The notes below the pieces were generated by a model. It saw only the letters and a list, made by a program, of their open reading frames with translations, was not told the DNA's origin and did not search any database. A stretch of 64,000 nt of DNA from Octopus vulgaris. Its lineage: Eukaryota. The stretch covers positions 29,450,001 through 29,514,000 of the forward strand of contig OX597814.1 of NCBI GenBank assembly GCA_951406725.2, given 5' to 3'. Shown one piece after another: positions 13,306 through 25,800 of this stretch (its first letter is position 1; every line of letters starts with the position of its first letter). The position numbers and the translations under genes were made by a program.

Positions 13306-14664
13306 AAATGTGGAATTGTCTTTTTATTGTATTCTAATTATTAATTTACTTAAATGAAGATAATCACAGCTAAGTGGGAGTGACTACAAGCCAGAGAATC
13401 TTGCTTTTGCTGACAATGCTCGAGCCAAAGTAATCTTACTTAACCAATGAGGAAGTCTCTTTGCAGTCACTCAACTTGTTAGAAATAGCAACAAAACTCA
13501 CTCAAAATATACCCTACTAACTTGGAAACTGAAAGAAGCCTGTCATATATATGTATGTATGTGTAACTGTATGTGTTTGTCACAATAGATGGAAATGAGA
13601 ATCATCATACATTCAGTGTCCTTTGGTTATAACCTTGGAAAATATGTCTGGTTGTGGGGAAGTATTACCTGCCTTGGCACAATGGCCCAGTGGTTAGGGC
13701 AGCGGACTTGCAGTTGGAGGATCACGGTTTCAATTCCCAGACCAGGCGTTGTGTGTGTTTATTTAGCGAAAACACCTAAAGCTCCACAAGGCTCCGGTAG
13801 GGGGTGGTAGCGACCCCTGTTGTACTCTTTTGCCCCAACTTTCTCTCATTCTTTCTTCCTGTTTCTTGAGTAATGCTGTGATGGACTGGCGTCCCGTCCA
13901 CCTGGGGGGAACACATATGCTACAGAAACCGGGAAACTGGGCTCATGATCCTGGTTAGGCTTGAAAAGAGCGCAAAAAAAAAAATTACCTTCCTTGGAAA
14001 CAGGTGAGTGTTGGTAACAAAAATGGCATCTGGTTGTAAAAAATTTGCCTCAAGTCCATCTAATCCATGCAAGAAACTGGCAGATGGATAGAGGGGGATG
14101 CAGTTGTAGAAAGAGGAGTTGTGGGTGTTTTGTATTTTAAAAAAAAAATTACAATATTTTCAAAACTGTATAAACTGGAAAAGTGGATGTTAAAACTGAT
14201 GAAATTTTAAAGATGTAATAATAATAATCCCAATAACCGTTATCATCATCATGATCGTTTAACATCTGCTTTCCATGCTAGCATGGGTTGGATGGTTTGA
14301 CTGAGGACTGGCGAACCAGATGGCTGCACCAGGCTCCAATCTTGATCTGGCAGAGTTTCCACAGCTGGATGCCCTTCCTAACGCCAACCACTCCGAGAGT
14401 GTAGTGGGTGCTTTTACGTGCCACTGGCACGAGGGCCAATCGGGCGGTACTGGCAACAGCCACACTCAAATGGTGTTTTTTTACGTGCCACCTGCACAGG
14501 AGCCAGTCCAGTGGCACTAGCTTTTATTTAAAAGCACCCATATTAGCAATACCACTTTTCCCTTTAGAACATTAATGTATATCTACTTTAAGAAACCATC
14601 TAAATAACAATGTATATTAATGGTTACTAATCATCTAGCTCAATAACAAAAGACTTCAAGTCAA

Positions 14665-14854
14665 TTAACCCCTTACCCAACAATTATTTTGAAAATAAAT
14701 GTATTTTTTCAGACATATTTTTTATAACAGACGAAGGAATTCGTTTGCTGTCGATTTTGGCGAGTCTATCTTTTGACGAGTTAACTCGCCAGAGATAGAA
14801 AAAAACGATTTCGGTCAAAATGCATATATTCGTTTCTGCCGGGTAAGGGGTTAA
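14665..14854. mobile_element. piggyBac-type MITE
   Basis: TTAA-CCCCTTACCC ... GGGTAAGGGG-TTAA. Confidence 0.8.
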
Positions 14855-16374
14855 GGATGGCAGATTGGATAATGTAGTTCTAAATACATGATTGTAAAAA
14901 GGACTGGAAAGTCATGGGTGACTAAAGCTTTATGAGTGAATTTGGTAGAAAGAAACTGAAATAAATTTGTCTTGTGTATGTGTGTGTTTGTATATACATA
15001 TGTAGGATATGTGTAAAGGTGCATGGCTCAGTTAGAGCATCAGGCTCACAATCATGAGGTAGTGAGTTCGATTCTCGGACTGGGCTGTGTGTTGTGTTTT
15101 TGAGCAAGACATTTTATTTCACATTGCTCCAGTTCACTCATCTGTAGAAATGAGTTGCAACATCACTGGTGCCATATGATGGTTACAAATGAGCATCACC
15201 ATCATAAAAGTGATGTTGATCATTTCCAATCTTTTATGGGGAAGGTTGGCAACAGGAAGAACATCTGGCCTTAGAAATCTGCCTTAAATTCCATCTGACC
15301 CTTGCAAACATGGGAAAGTGGGCATTAAATGAACTGAGACTTAGATCTAGCCTCTCTATGGTTGTTCAGCTTGCCAGAAATAGCCAAATCTCAACTTTTC
15401 ATCTTATAGGCATGGCTGGAATGTTTTTGATGATAGTTCAACCCAGTCAGAGATTTCCAAGGACTAAATGGCAACAATTTTGTGTGAACTTTATGTGCCT
15501 TGACTGGCATCCATGCTGGTGGCACATAAAAAGCACCAACCGATCGTGGCCATTGCCAGCCTCCTCTGGCCCCTGTGCTGGTGGCATGTAAAAAGCACCC
15601 ACTACACTCACGGAGTGGTTGGCATTAGGAAGGGCATCCAGCTGTAGAAACACTGCCAGATCAGACTGGAACCTGGTGCAGCCTCCTGGCTTCCCAGACC
15701 CCAGTCGAACCGTCCAACCCATACTTGCATGGAAAACACGTTAAACGATGATGATAATGATGATGCATATCCACTTGCTATAAGTAGTTTCTTATCATTT
15801 ATGCAATGCATTTTGAATTCATCACCATTTTCTAAGCTGGCAAACCAGAGGAATGTGCCAAGCTCTACTTTTTGCTTTGACATGTTTTCCACACCAATCA
15901 CTTTACAGAATATACTGGGTGCTCTTTACATGGCTCCAGTGAAATCACCAAGTAACTCAGCTGAGGTGGGGAGTAGTATTAAGGGAGGTGACTGAAGTGT
16001 GGTGGAGATACAGATACTGCTGTTTTTGCTATAGAGGAGATACATGGCAATCCTAGTTGCAAAAAGGAGAGAGTGTGAAAGAGATGGTGGTAAAGAAGTG
16101 TTGAGGCTTACTATCAAGTTACAGGGTGGAGTGTATATAAGTGAAATAGTACTGAGAATTGGACAGGGTGAGTGGAGAGATAAGTTTGCAAGAATGTGAA
16201 AGAAGAGTGACAGATGAGATAGAGATGGAGCTAGAGGAAAATGTCATGCGTGGTGAACAAAGGTGGTTAAAACAAATTCAGCAAATATTTCATTGTAAAT
16301 TCAAGACATTTTCAAAATTATATTTTAAATAAAAATATTCTCTCTAGAATTCATTAGAAGGTATAAATATGTAT

Positions 16375-16608
16375 CTAAGGCGGCGAGCTGGGAGAAGCGT
16401 TAGCACGCCGGGCGAAATGCTTTGTGGTATTTCGTCTGCCGTTACGTTCTGAGTTCAAATTCCGCCGAGGTCGACTTTGCCTTTCATCCTTTCGGGGTCG
16501 ATAAATTAAGCACCAGTTACGCACTGGGGTCGATGTAATCTACTTAATACCTATGTCTGTCCTTGTTTGTCTCCTCTATGTTTAGCCCCTTGTGGGTAAT
16601 AAAGAAAT
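16375..16608 (+). mobile_element. tRNA-derived SINE (ggcggcgagctgg family), just past the QTRT1 3' end
   Basis: 16-bp TSD aggtataaatatgtat at 16359-16374 and 16609-16624. Confidence 0.92.
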
Positions 16609-16725
16609 AGGTATAAATATGTATTTGATTTAATGTACAAATGTAAACCTTTAATAATATTGAAGATGAAAAATAATTCATGCAATTAAAGTCTATAAAC
16701 GATTATGATAATATTCTTAATCATG

Positions 16726-16881
16726 TCAACGTTCCCTGAGATGTACATTAACACTTGAAAGACTTTCTTCAGCCCATTTAGGGTAATTTTCTTTAGGATA
16801 TAATTTCTTAAAAAAGTCTTTGATGAATTCTGGAAATTTATCTTGTTTAATACTTTCGTGTATTGACAGCATCAGATTTAA
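16726..16881 (-). CDS. QTRT1: QTRT1 exon 9, last ([24 protein letters not shown]...[19 protein letters not shown])
   Basis: tttcag acceptor; TGA at 16728-16726; ATTAAA candidates downstream at about 16650-16655 and 16629-16634. Confidence 0.93.
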   Translation of the reverse strand, partial: LNLMLSIHESIKQDKFPEFIKDFFKKLYPKENYPKWAEESLSSVNVHLRER

Positions 16882-19800
16882 CTGAAAAAGATAAATATTT
16901 AATTTAAAAATTATACAAAATAAGAAAATGGAGAAATACATCGAAATCAAATATCAATTACCAGATAATACTCAATCACATACTTTATTAAACCACTACA
17001 TAAGAAACTATAAGGTTAAACATAATAATGCAGGGTAAAGCAGTGTACATAAAATAGTAATGTTATACAATAAGTAGAATACGTATAATAGAACATAAAT
17101 ATAAATATAGACTATATCTTACAGCTGTTTCGGCCATGTAGATAAGCATGTCTCATTCAACTCATATTAGCCATTTATGGTAGGTCAATATGTAGTTATA
17201 AATGAGACATTTACAAAACATCCTAAGGCCTCTTTGGAGAATATTTCACAGCAGTTTACAAAATTAAAAGTTTTAAAATGTTTTAAATGATATAGATCAA
17301 ATAATACATCACAAGGTCCAGTCTTTGTGGTGATGTAATGGCTTGTGTGTCTGAATGATCCTGTGAGCTTTTCCAGGAGTGGAACTGCTTGGTAGGGATT
17401 TCCCTTTGCCAGACAGGTCAAAGGATAGAGGCTAGACTAATATGGATCACCTCCTCTTCCCAGAAGTAAAAATAGATTTGTATACGGCCAACGCTCATAT
17501 GAAGCAAAGAAGCAACATTACAGGAGAATTGAAGACAATTCAAAACCAACAAGATCTGGGAGAGGACAGTCTTCCTACAGGAAGCTGCAAAGCCACAGAA
17601 GTAACAAAGCAGGAATCCAACTAAAGAGAAGTAGAAAAGACAAATCAGTGTTGAGAACAGTGAAGAGAAGTTGTTGATAGTCTATGCTCCAATAGGAAAT
17701 GAAGGGCTTAAGTAATAAGTAAGAACAAATAATACAAATTTAGGAATTTGAAGTTTTAAAAAATACATTGAACCAACATACCTGATACGCAATGTTATGT
17801 ATTGTTAAAAGCTGGCATGCGACCGATTCATAAGTAACTATAGTGTGTAAATAAGCCCGAGTGTATTTATATTCCTTACAGGTGCTGCATGGACAGTTTT
17901 CATCGATTGGACGGAAATCTGTGGCAAACTTGTTATTCTTCAAATTTAACTGGCCAGTTGGCACCAGCGCAGTACCAAAACGCTAAAAGTGTAAAAATTC
18001 ATGAATAGATTTCATAGAAAACTTTGTATAAAATATATAATTTTATTGAGAAAATATTAGAAATACACGTCTTTAGTGGGAGAATCATTTCTAGTTAAAA
18101 CCTGATAAATTAAACAATAAAACTGCAGCTAGCTGATGGGTTGTGGTGCTGTTCATACTTTTACCAATACGTCTATAACATTGATCCAATCCATATAACA
18201 GTGGATAATGGCATGGACTACACAGTTCAAATATGTATAATTAACAAATGTTTCATTAACTTGTTTTAATGAATTAAACACCCATTGATATAGATTAACA
18301 AAAACTAGAACTTCATTTCTACAGTTGGAATTGCTTGAAGTACACAATTTGAAATTAAAGTTTTTATAGTGTGTAGCAACATTTCAATAAACAGATATAA
18401 TTAATTTCATTTTTGATGAAACACAAAAGCCTTGTATTTTGGAGGATCAGACATACAAAAAGTGATGTTCCTCTTTTCCTTAAGCAATAAGGGCATAATG
18501 GAAACATCATGTGACAGATTCGGTTCTCAACCAGGGCCCCTATAAGATTTTGTTGAAATTTATCTGCAATAAATAGGTTATACTTCTACAATGCACACAA
18601 TATTTTAACAATTGTTTTTAGACTATTCCTAACAATATTTAATTCATCATCGTTTAATGTCTGCTTTCCATGCTAGCATGGGTTGGACGATTTGACTGAG
18701 GTCTGGCGAACCAGATGGCTGCACCAGACTCCAATCTCATCTGGCAGAGTTTCTACAGCTGGATGCCCTTCCTAACGCCAACCACTCTGAGAGTGTAGTG
18801 GGTGCTTTTACGTGCCACTGGCACGAGGGCCAGTCAGGTGGTACTGGCAGCGGCCATACTCAAATGGTGCTTTTTATGTGCCACCTGCACAGGAGCCAGT
18901 CCAGTGGCACTGGCAACAACCTCGCTCGAATGTTTTTTCACGTGTCACCAGCACAAGTGCTAGTAAGGCGATGCAGTTAACGATCACGCTCGAATGGTGT
19001 TTTTAATGTGCCATTGGCACGGAAGCCAGTTTGTTGCTCTGGCAACGATCTCACTCGCATGGTACTCTTAGCGCTCCAATAGCACGGATGCCAGTCATCG
19101 AATTTGATTTCGATTTCACTTGCCTCAACAGGTCTTCGCAAGCAGAATTTAGTGTCCAATGAAGGAAAGGCATGCATAAGTGGGCTGGTTACACCCCTGG
19201 CATAGGCCACAAGATTATGGTCTCACTTGTGCTTGCCAAGTCTTCTCAAGCACAATATTTCCAGAGGTCCCGGTCAAAAATATAATAGGAGTTTTTTTTA
19301 CATTGAATGGTTAGGAGGGTCCATCTTAGTAAGAGAGGAATCAAAGGGATCCACAAGTAAAAAAATGGTTGAAAAACGCTGCACTTAAAGCACACATTTG
19401 GCTCTATAGTACAATATTTTCACTAAGCATGTTTAAAGATATATCAATATATAAGAAAGCATATGCTAAATTTGGTTAATCTCTTTATTGTTGTGCTATG
19501 GAGAAAAATTATCATTATTTATGGTTCTGGTCAATGGATATAGAGCAGCATTTGTGATGTTTTTGGCAGGGATCTGAGATTGGTGAAGAGAGGGGAAAAA
19601 AACATCATTTGGGATGTCCTCAAAGAGGAAACCTGGTTTAAAATATACTTGCATCATGGGTAAGAATGAAAGGAATAAAGTAAAACATTAACTTACTGCT
19701 GTCCGTGTTGGGAAAACACAATCAAACATGTCACATCCAAGAGCAGCACACACCACTAAATCTTCAGGAAACCTAAAGAAAAGATACAACTTACAATTAT

Positions 19801-22800
19801 GGATTTAATAGTAATAATACATATATTGTAAATGTTTTTTATTTTCAATAAAAATAAGAATGGTTTAACCCTTTTGATAACAATGATGTCACTGGACTGG
19901 CTCCTGTGCAGGTGGCACATAAAAAAACACCATTTGAGCGTGGCTGTTGCCAGTACCGTCTGACTGGCCCTCGTGCCGGTGGCACATAAAAGCACCCACT
20001 ACACTCTCGGAGTGGTTGGCGTTAGGAAGGGCATCAAGCTGTAGAAACTCTGCTAGATCAAGATTGGAGCCTGATGCACCTTAAAATTTCAAACAAATTT
20101 ATTTTAATATGGGGTACAACCACCTTTGGCAGTAATTATAGCTTGGCTTCTATGAGGTATGGACTCGTACAAAGTTTGAATTGTTTCCAAAGGAATTTTT
20201 GTCCATTCTTCAGCTAAAACAGTCCCCAGTTCTTGAAGTAATGATGGTGGAGGATATTGACTCCTCACTTGTTTTCCTAAAATGCACCATAAATGTTCAA
20301 TGATATTGAGATCTGGAGACTGTGATGGCAAGATAAGATGTTCAACTTCACTAGAATGTTCCTCATGCCATTCAGTAACAACTTTAGCTGTGTGAATTGG
20401 GGCATTATCATCCTGAAAGATTGCGTTTCCCTCTGGAAACAGTTCCGCAACCATAGGATGAATTTGATCAGATAAAATGCTTAAATAGTCTTAACTATTA
20501 ATTCTGCCATGAATGGAAACCATTGGGCCAGCAGATTGCCAAGATATAACCCCACCAGATCATCACATCCTCCTCCATGTTTAAAAGTTGAAAGAAGGCA
20601 GTTTGGGTCAAATGATTCTTTTGGTTGTCTCCACACGTATACTCAGCTGGTGGTCGGAAATAGATAAAGGATGACTTGTTCGAGAAAATAACATCCTTCC
20701 ACTGCTCTAGGGACCAATTCTGTAGGTTTTTACACCACTCTAAATGCTTTGCAATGCTTGTTTTTGAAAGTAGTGGTTTTCTGGACTGCAGCCCTCCCAT
20801 GAAATCTGGCTTTGTACAACTCCCGCTGAACAGTTTTCGAGGTGGTCATTAAGCTCTGCAGTAATTTTGGGAGCTGTACTTTTGTGATCCCTTCTAACAA
20901 TTCACGTTAGAGTCTGACAGTCCCTATACGAAAGTTTTGTTTTGACAAGGAGGTTTTTCTCTCTTTCTCAAAGGCTGTCATTACTTTCGAGACAGTACTT
21001 CTTGATACACCAAACATTTCAGCTGTTTACGTAATGCTAGCACCTATTATAGAAGCACCAACAATTTGATCTCTTTGAAAGTCCGATAGATCAGTCATTT
21101 TAATGAATTTTGATTACCTTTTTCTGATAATATCTGAAAAGAAACAGCAATTTTAGCAAAACATATTAAGCAACACTAATAATAGATCAAAAAACATAAA
21201 AATAAACAAGCTTTTGGTGGTTTTATATCATCATCATCATCATCATCGTTTAACATCCGTTTTCCGCGCTAGCACAGGTTGGACGGTTTTGACCGGGGTC
21301 TGGGAAGCCAGGGGCTGCACCAGGCTCCAGTCTGATCTGGCAGTGTTTCTACAGCTGGATGTCCTTCCTAACGCCAACCACTCCGCGAGTGTAGTGGGTG
21401 CTTTTTACGTGCCACCTGCACAGGTGCCAGGGGGGTCTGGCATCGGCCACGATCGGTTGGTGCTTTTAACGTGCCACCGGCACGGAAGCCAGCCAAGGCG
21501 GCACTGGCATCGGCCATGTTTGGATGGTGCTTTTTATGTGCCACCGGCACAGAAGCCAGTCGACCCATATTTCAAAATTATGAGACCATGACGCTAGGTG
21601 TTTCTATTGTTTTGTCCAACCCCTGTACATTCCAGACTGGTGAGATCAATGCAGTTGATTGTCAACTGAACTTTTAAGAACTGACATTTCTAGAAAAAGC
21701 ATGGTTGGGAAGGGAATTCTAGAGGGTCCAACACAGAAAAGATCTGAAGTATTTTGTGACCACAGAAAGGAAGCAAATGTTTTAAGAAATTATGAATGTG
21801 ATATCAGAGTTATATCACTTTAAACAGGAAGTTTGTTTTATACAACCAGGAACAGTCGCAAACAAAAACAACAATAAATGAATAATCTAAAAGGAACTTA
21901 CCCAACACCCATAAGATATCTTGGTTTTTCCTTTGGTAAAACATCTGTGGATAAGGTAACCATCTTCCAGAAAGCATGTTTTTCTTCTCCTCCACTTAAT
22001 CCACCAATGGCAAAGCCAGGAACATCCCTTTTTACCAATTCTAAAATTATCGAAATGTTATTCAATAAAAAAGCTAAATATCCATTGGTTTTACAGTTCC
22101 ATATTTAAGAGATGAGGAACTATTTACATTATTTACATTTGATGGATATTTGTTCTCATCTTGTTTGTTGTTAACATCAGGTGTCTTGGGGAAATTTCAA
22201 ACCTGGGTTCTCAATCCTAAGGTATTTTGCGATACTGTTGTTGTTGTTGCTGTTGTTATTATTATTATTATTATTATTATCATTCAGGTCACTGCTTGGA
22301 ATTGAACTCAGAATCTTGAGGTTAGTAGCCTGCACTCTTAACCACTATGCCAGGTTTGAAATTTCTCCCCTCAAGACACCTGATGAAAGCTAGAGAGTAT
22401 ATCAATCAAAACGTTGTGTTAACAACATACAAGATGAGGACAAATATCTGTCAAATGTAAATAATGTAAATACTATCCTTTGGTTTTGTTTATTAGAATG
22501 ACTAAACTAGTACAACTAATTTGGGATGTGTCCAGTTATGCAGGATCTGTTAATCCATTCTAAGTACAACTAATATTCAGAGATGCCATCTGTATGGATA
22601 ACAATAGTTAAGTACAGTGAGTTAATGCTTTGGTGCAGAGGTTTTATAAGACTAAAACAAATCCAGAATAAATCAAATATTACTGGTTACTGATCAATAT
22701 GATTTTCAGATCATCATCTCTTAATGTCCATTTTTCCATGCATGTATAGGTAAAACAGTGTTTATTGAAACAGATTTTCAATGGTTGGATACCCTTCCTG

Positions 22801-25800
22801 TCAACAACCTTCACCTTTTTCCTAGCAAAGTAATATTTTTCCATGGCATGTTTTTCCAGAATATTGGAAATAAATGACACCTCTTGTATAGTAGTGACTC
22901 TCATTTACAATTATCATTCAAGCATGATCATTACCAGCATCGCCTTACTGGCACCTGTGCCGGTGGCATGTGTAAAAGATTCAAGCGAGGTCGTTGCCAG
23001 TACTGCCTGACTGGCCCCATGCCAGTGGCACATAAAAGCACCCACTACACTCTCGGAGTGGTTGGCATTAGGAAGGGCATCCAGTTGTAGAAACTCTGCC
23101 AGATCAAGATTGGAGCCTGCTGCAGCCATCTGGTTCACCAGTCCTCAGTCAAATCGTCCAACCCATGCTAGCATGGAAAGCGGACGTTAAATGATGATGA
23201 TGATTCAATGTCAAACAAGAAGACACAAACATACATTCATACACACATCATCATCTTCATTTAACATCCATTGTCCATGCTGGCATGGGTTGAACGGTTC
23301 GAAGAGGGCTAGTAAGATGCGGGGCTGCACCAGACTCCAGTCTGATTTGACATGGTATCTACAGCTAGATTCTTTTCCTAACACCAACCACTCCAAGACT
23401 GTAATGAGTGCTTTTACATGCCACCAGTATCTGCCATGACTATAATATCACTTTGCTTGATGGGCCTTCTCAAGCATGGCATTTTGCAAAAGGTATTGGT
23501 CATTTGTCATTGCATCCATGAGACCTAATGCTCAAAAGGTGCTTCTTACATGCCACCAGCATAGGTACCAGTTGCATGATACTGGGATCAACCACAACTA
23601 CGATTGCACTTGGCTTGACAGGTCTTCTCAAGCACAGCATGTCGCCAGAGGTCTTGGTCACTAATCATTGCTTCCTATTTCTTTATTATCCACAAGGGGC
23701 TAAATATAGAGGGGACAAATAATGACAGACAAAGGGATTAAGTTGATTACATCGACTCCAGTGAGTAACTGGTACTTAATTTATCGACCCTGAAAGGATG
23801 AAAGGCAAAGTCGACCTCAGCGAAATTTGAACTCAGAACCTAAGGACAGACGAAATACAACTAAGCATTTCGCCCAGCATGCTAATGTTTCTGCCAGCTT
23901 GCTGCCTTCATCACTAATCATTGCTTCCATAAGGCCCAACATTCAATGATCATGCTTCACCACCTTGCCCCATGTCTTCCTGGGTCTACCTCTTCCACAG
24001 GTTCCATCCGCAGTTTGAGATCAACACTTCTTTACACAGTTGTCCTTGTCCACATGCATCAAATGACCATACCATCTGATGCTTCTTATGCCCAACTTTT
24101 CTCTCAAGAAAACTTACTTTGTTGTACATCTACACTGACACTGCACATCCAGCGAAGCATGCTAGCTTCATTTCTTTCAAGCCTTTACATGTCCTCAGAT
24201 CTACCCAGTCTATCCACAAGGCTTTGGTTGGCCCAGGGCTACAGTAGAAGACATGTGCTCAAGGTGTCATGCAGTGAAACTGAACCCAAAACCATGTGGT
24301 TGCAAAGCAATCTCTTTAACCACACACCCATGTGATAGTTTGCCTCGCTGCATAATTATTGCTGTTTTGCTTTTTAATGTTTCTAGCAGTAAATATGGGT
24401 GCAGATAGAGTTGTGGGGTCAAGAAGTTTTTTTCACAACCATGTGTTCTAGGTTCAGTCCCACAACATAGCACCCTAAGCAAGTGTCTTGTACCATTATG
24501 TTAGATGATTGATCGATAATTTTTGAGTAGAATTTGGTACACAGGAACTATGTAGAAGCCCATATGAGAGAGCAGGAGAGAAAGAGAGAGAGATCTTTTG
24601 TTGATGTATATTGTGAAAGGACATAAACATTGGTTGGAAAACTGACAAATTGATGCTTTTTGAACAGAGTCCTTTGAGATATTTGTTCTAAAACTAGTTA
24701 CAGACACTCCCTTGTCATTCTTTCTCACAGAAATACAGATTGGCTAAGCACTGACATACTCAATGCAGTAAGCCAAGACATTTTTATTCGTTAACAACAA
24801 TCATGATTATAATACTTAATATCTAAATGACCAACTTTGGTAAAAAAAAATATTCTAATTATTAACTGAATATTAATTCCAAAAACTAGCTTAATAACGA
24901 CACATTCATTTTACTAAATTCTTCATTATTTTTAAAATAAAGGGAAATAAAGCAGAGTGGCTGTGTGGTAAGTAGATTGTTTACCAACCACATGGTTCCG
25001 GGTTCAGTCCCACTGCGTGGCATCTTGGGCAAGTGTCTTCTACTATAGCCTCGGGCCGACCAAAGCCTTGTGAGTGGATTTGGTAGACGGAAACTGAAAG
25101 AAGCCCGTTGTATATATGTATATATATGCGTGTGTGTTTGTGTGTCTGTGTTTGTCCCCCTAGCATTGCTTGACAACCGATGCTGGTGTGTTTATGTCCC
25201 CGTTACTTTGCGGTTCAGCAAAAGAGACCGATAGAATAAGTACTGGGCTTACAAAAGAATAAGTCCCGGGGTCGAGTTGCTCGATTAAAGACGGTGCTCC
25301 AGCATGCCCGCAGTCAAATGACTGAAACAAGTAAAAGAGTAAAAGAGAGAGAAATATGGTAATGCTTGCTCTAAACATTACACAAAGACTTTATATATAA
25401 ACAAAGAAACAAACTCAGCAAATATAGTAGAATTAGCAGAGCATCAGACAAAATATATTGTGGTATTGTTTGGTTACATTCTGAATTCAAATTTCACCAA
25501 GGTTGACTTTACCTTTCCCAAATATCCTTGGTGGCATTATCGAATATTGTTTTTTATACAATTGACAATACTTTCGAAGCATGGCCTGATTCCAACAACT
25601 AAAATCAGTAAAAGAATAAAAGAAAACAAGTTATGCACTCTACCTTCAGCACACTGACGTCGAAGATTAGCATTGAGTCCACCTTGAACTATTGGAAAAA
25701 GATTTTGGTCATGTGGTCGGCTGTGAGCTTTGAGACACCGGTCAAGCCAACGAACTGTTCTGCAATGAAAAAAAATTATCAAATTCTTAGTTTGCTCTTT

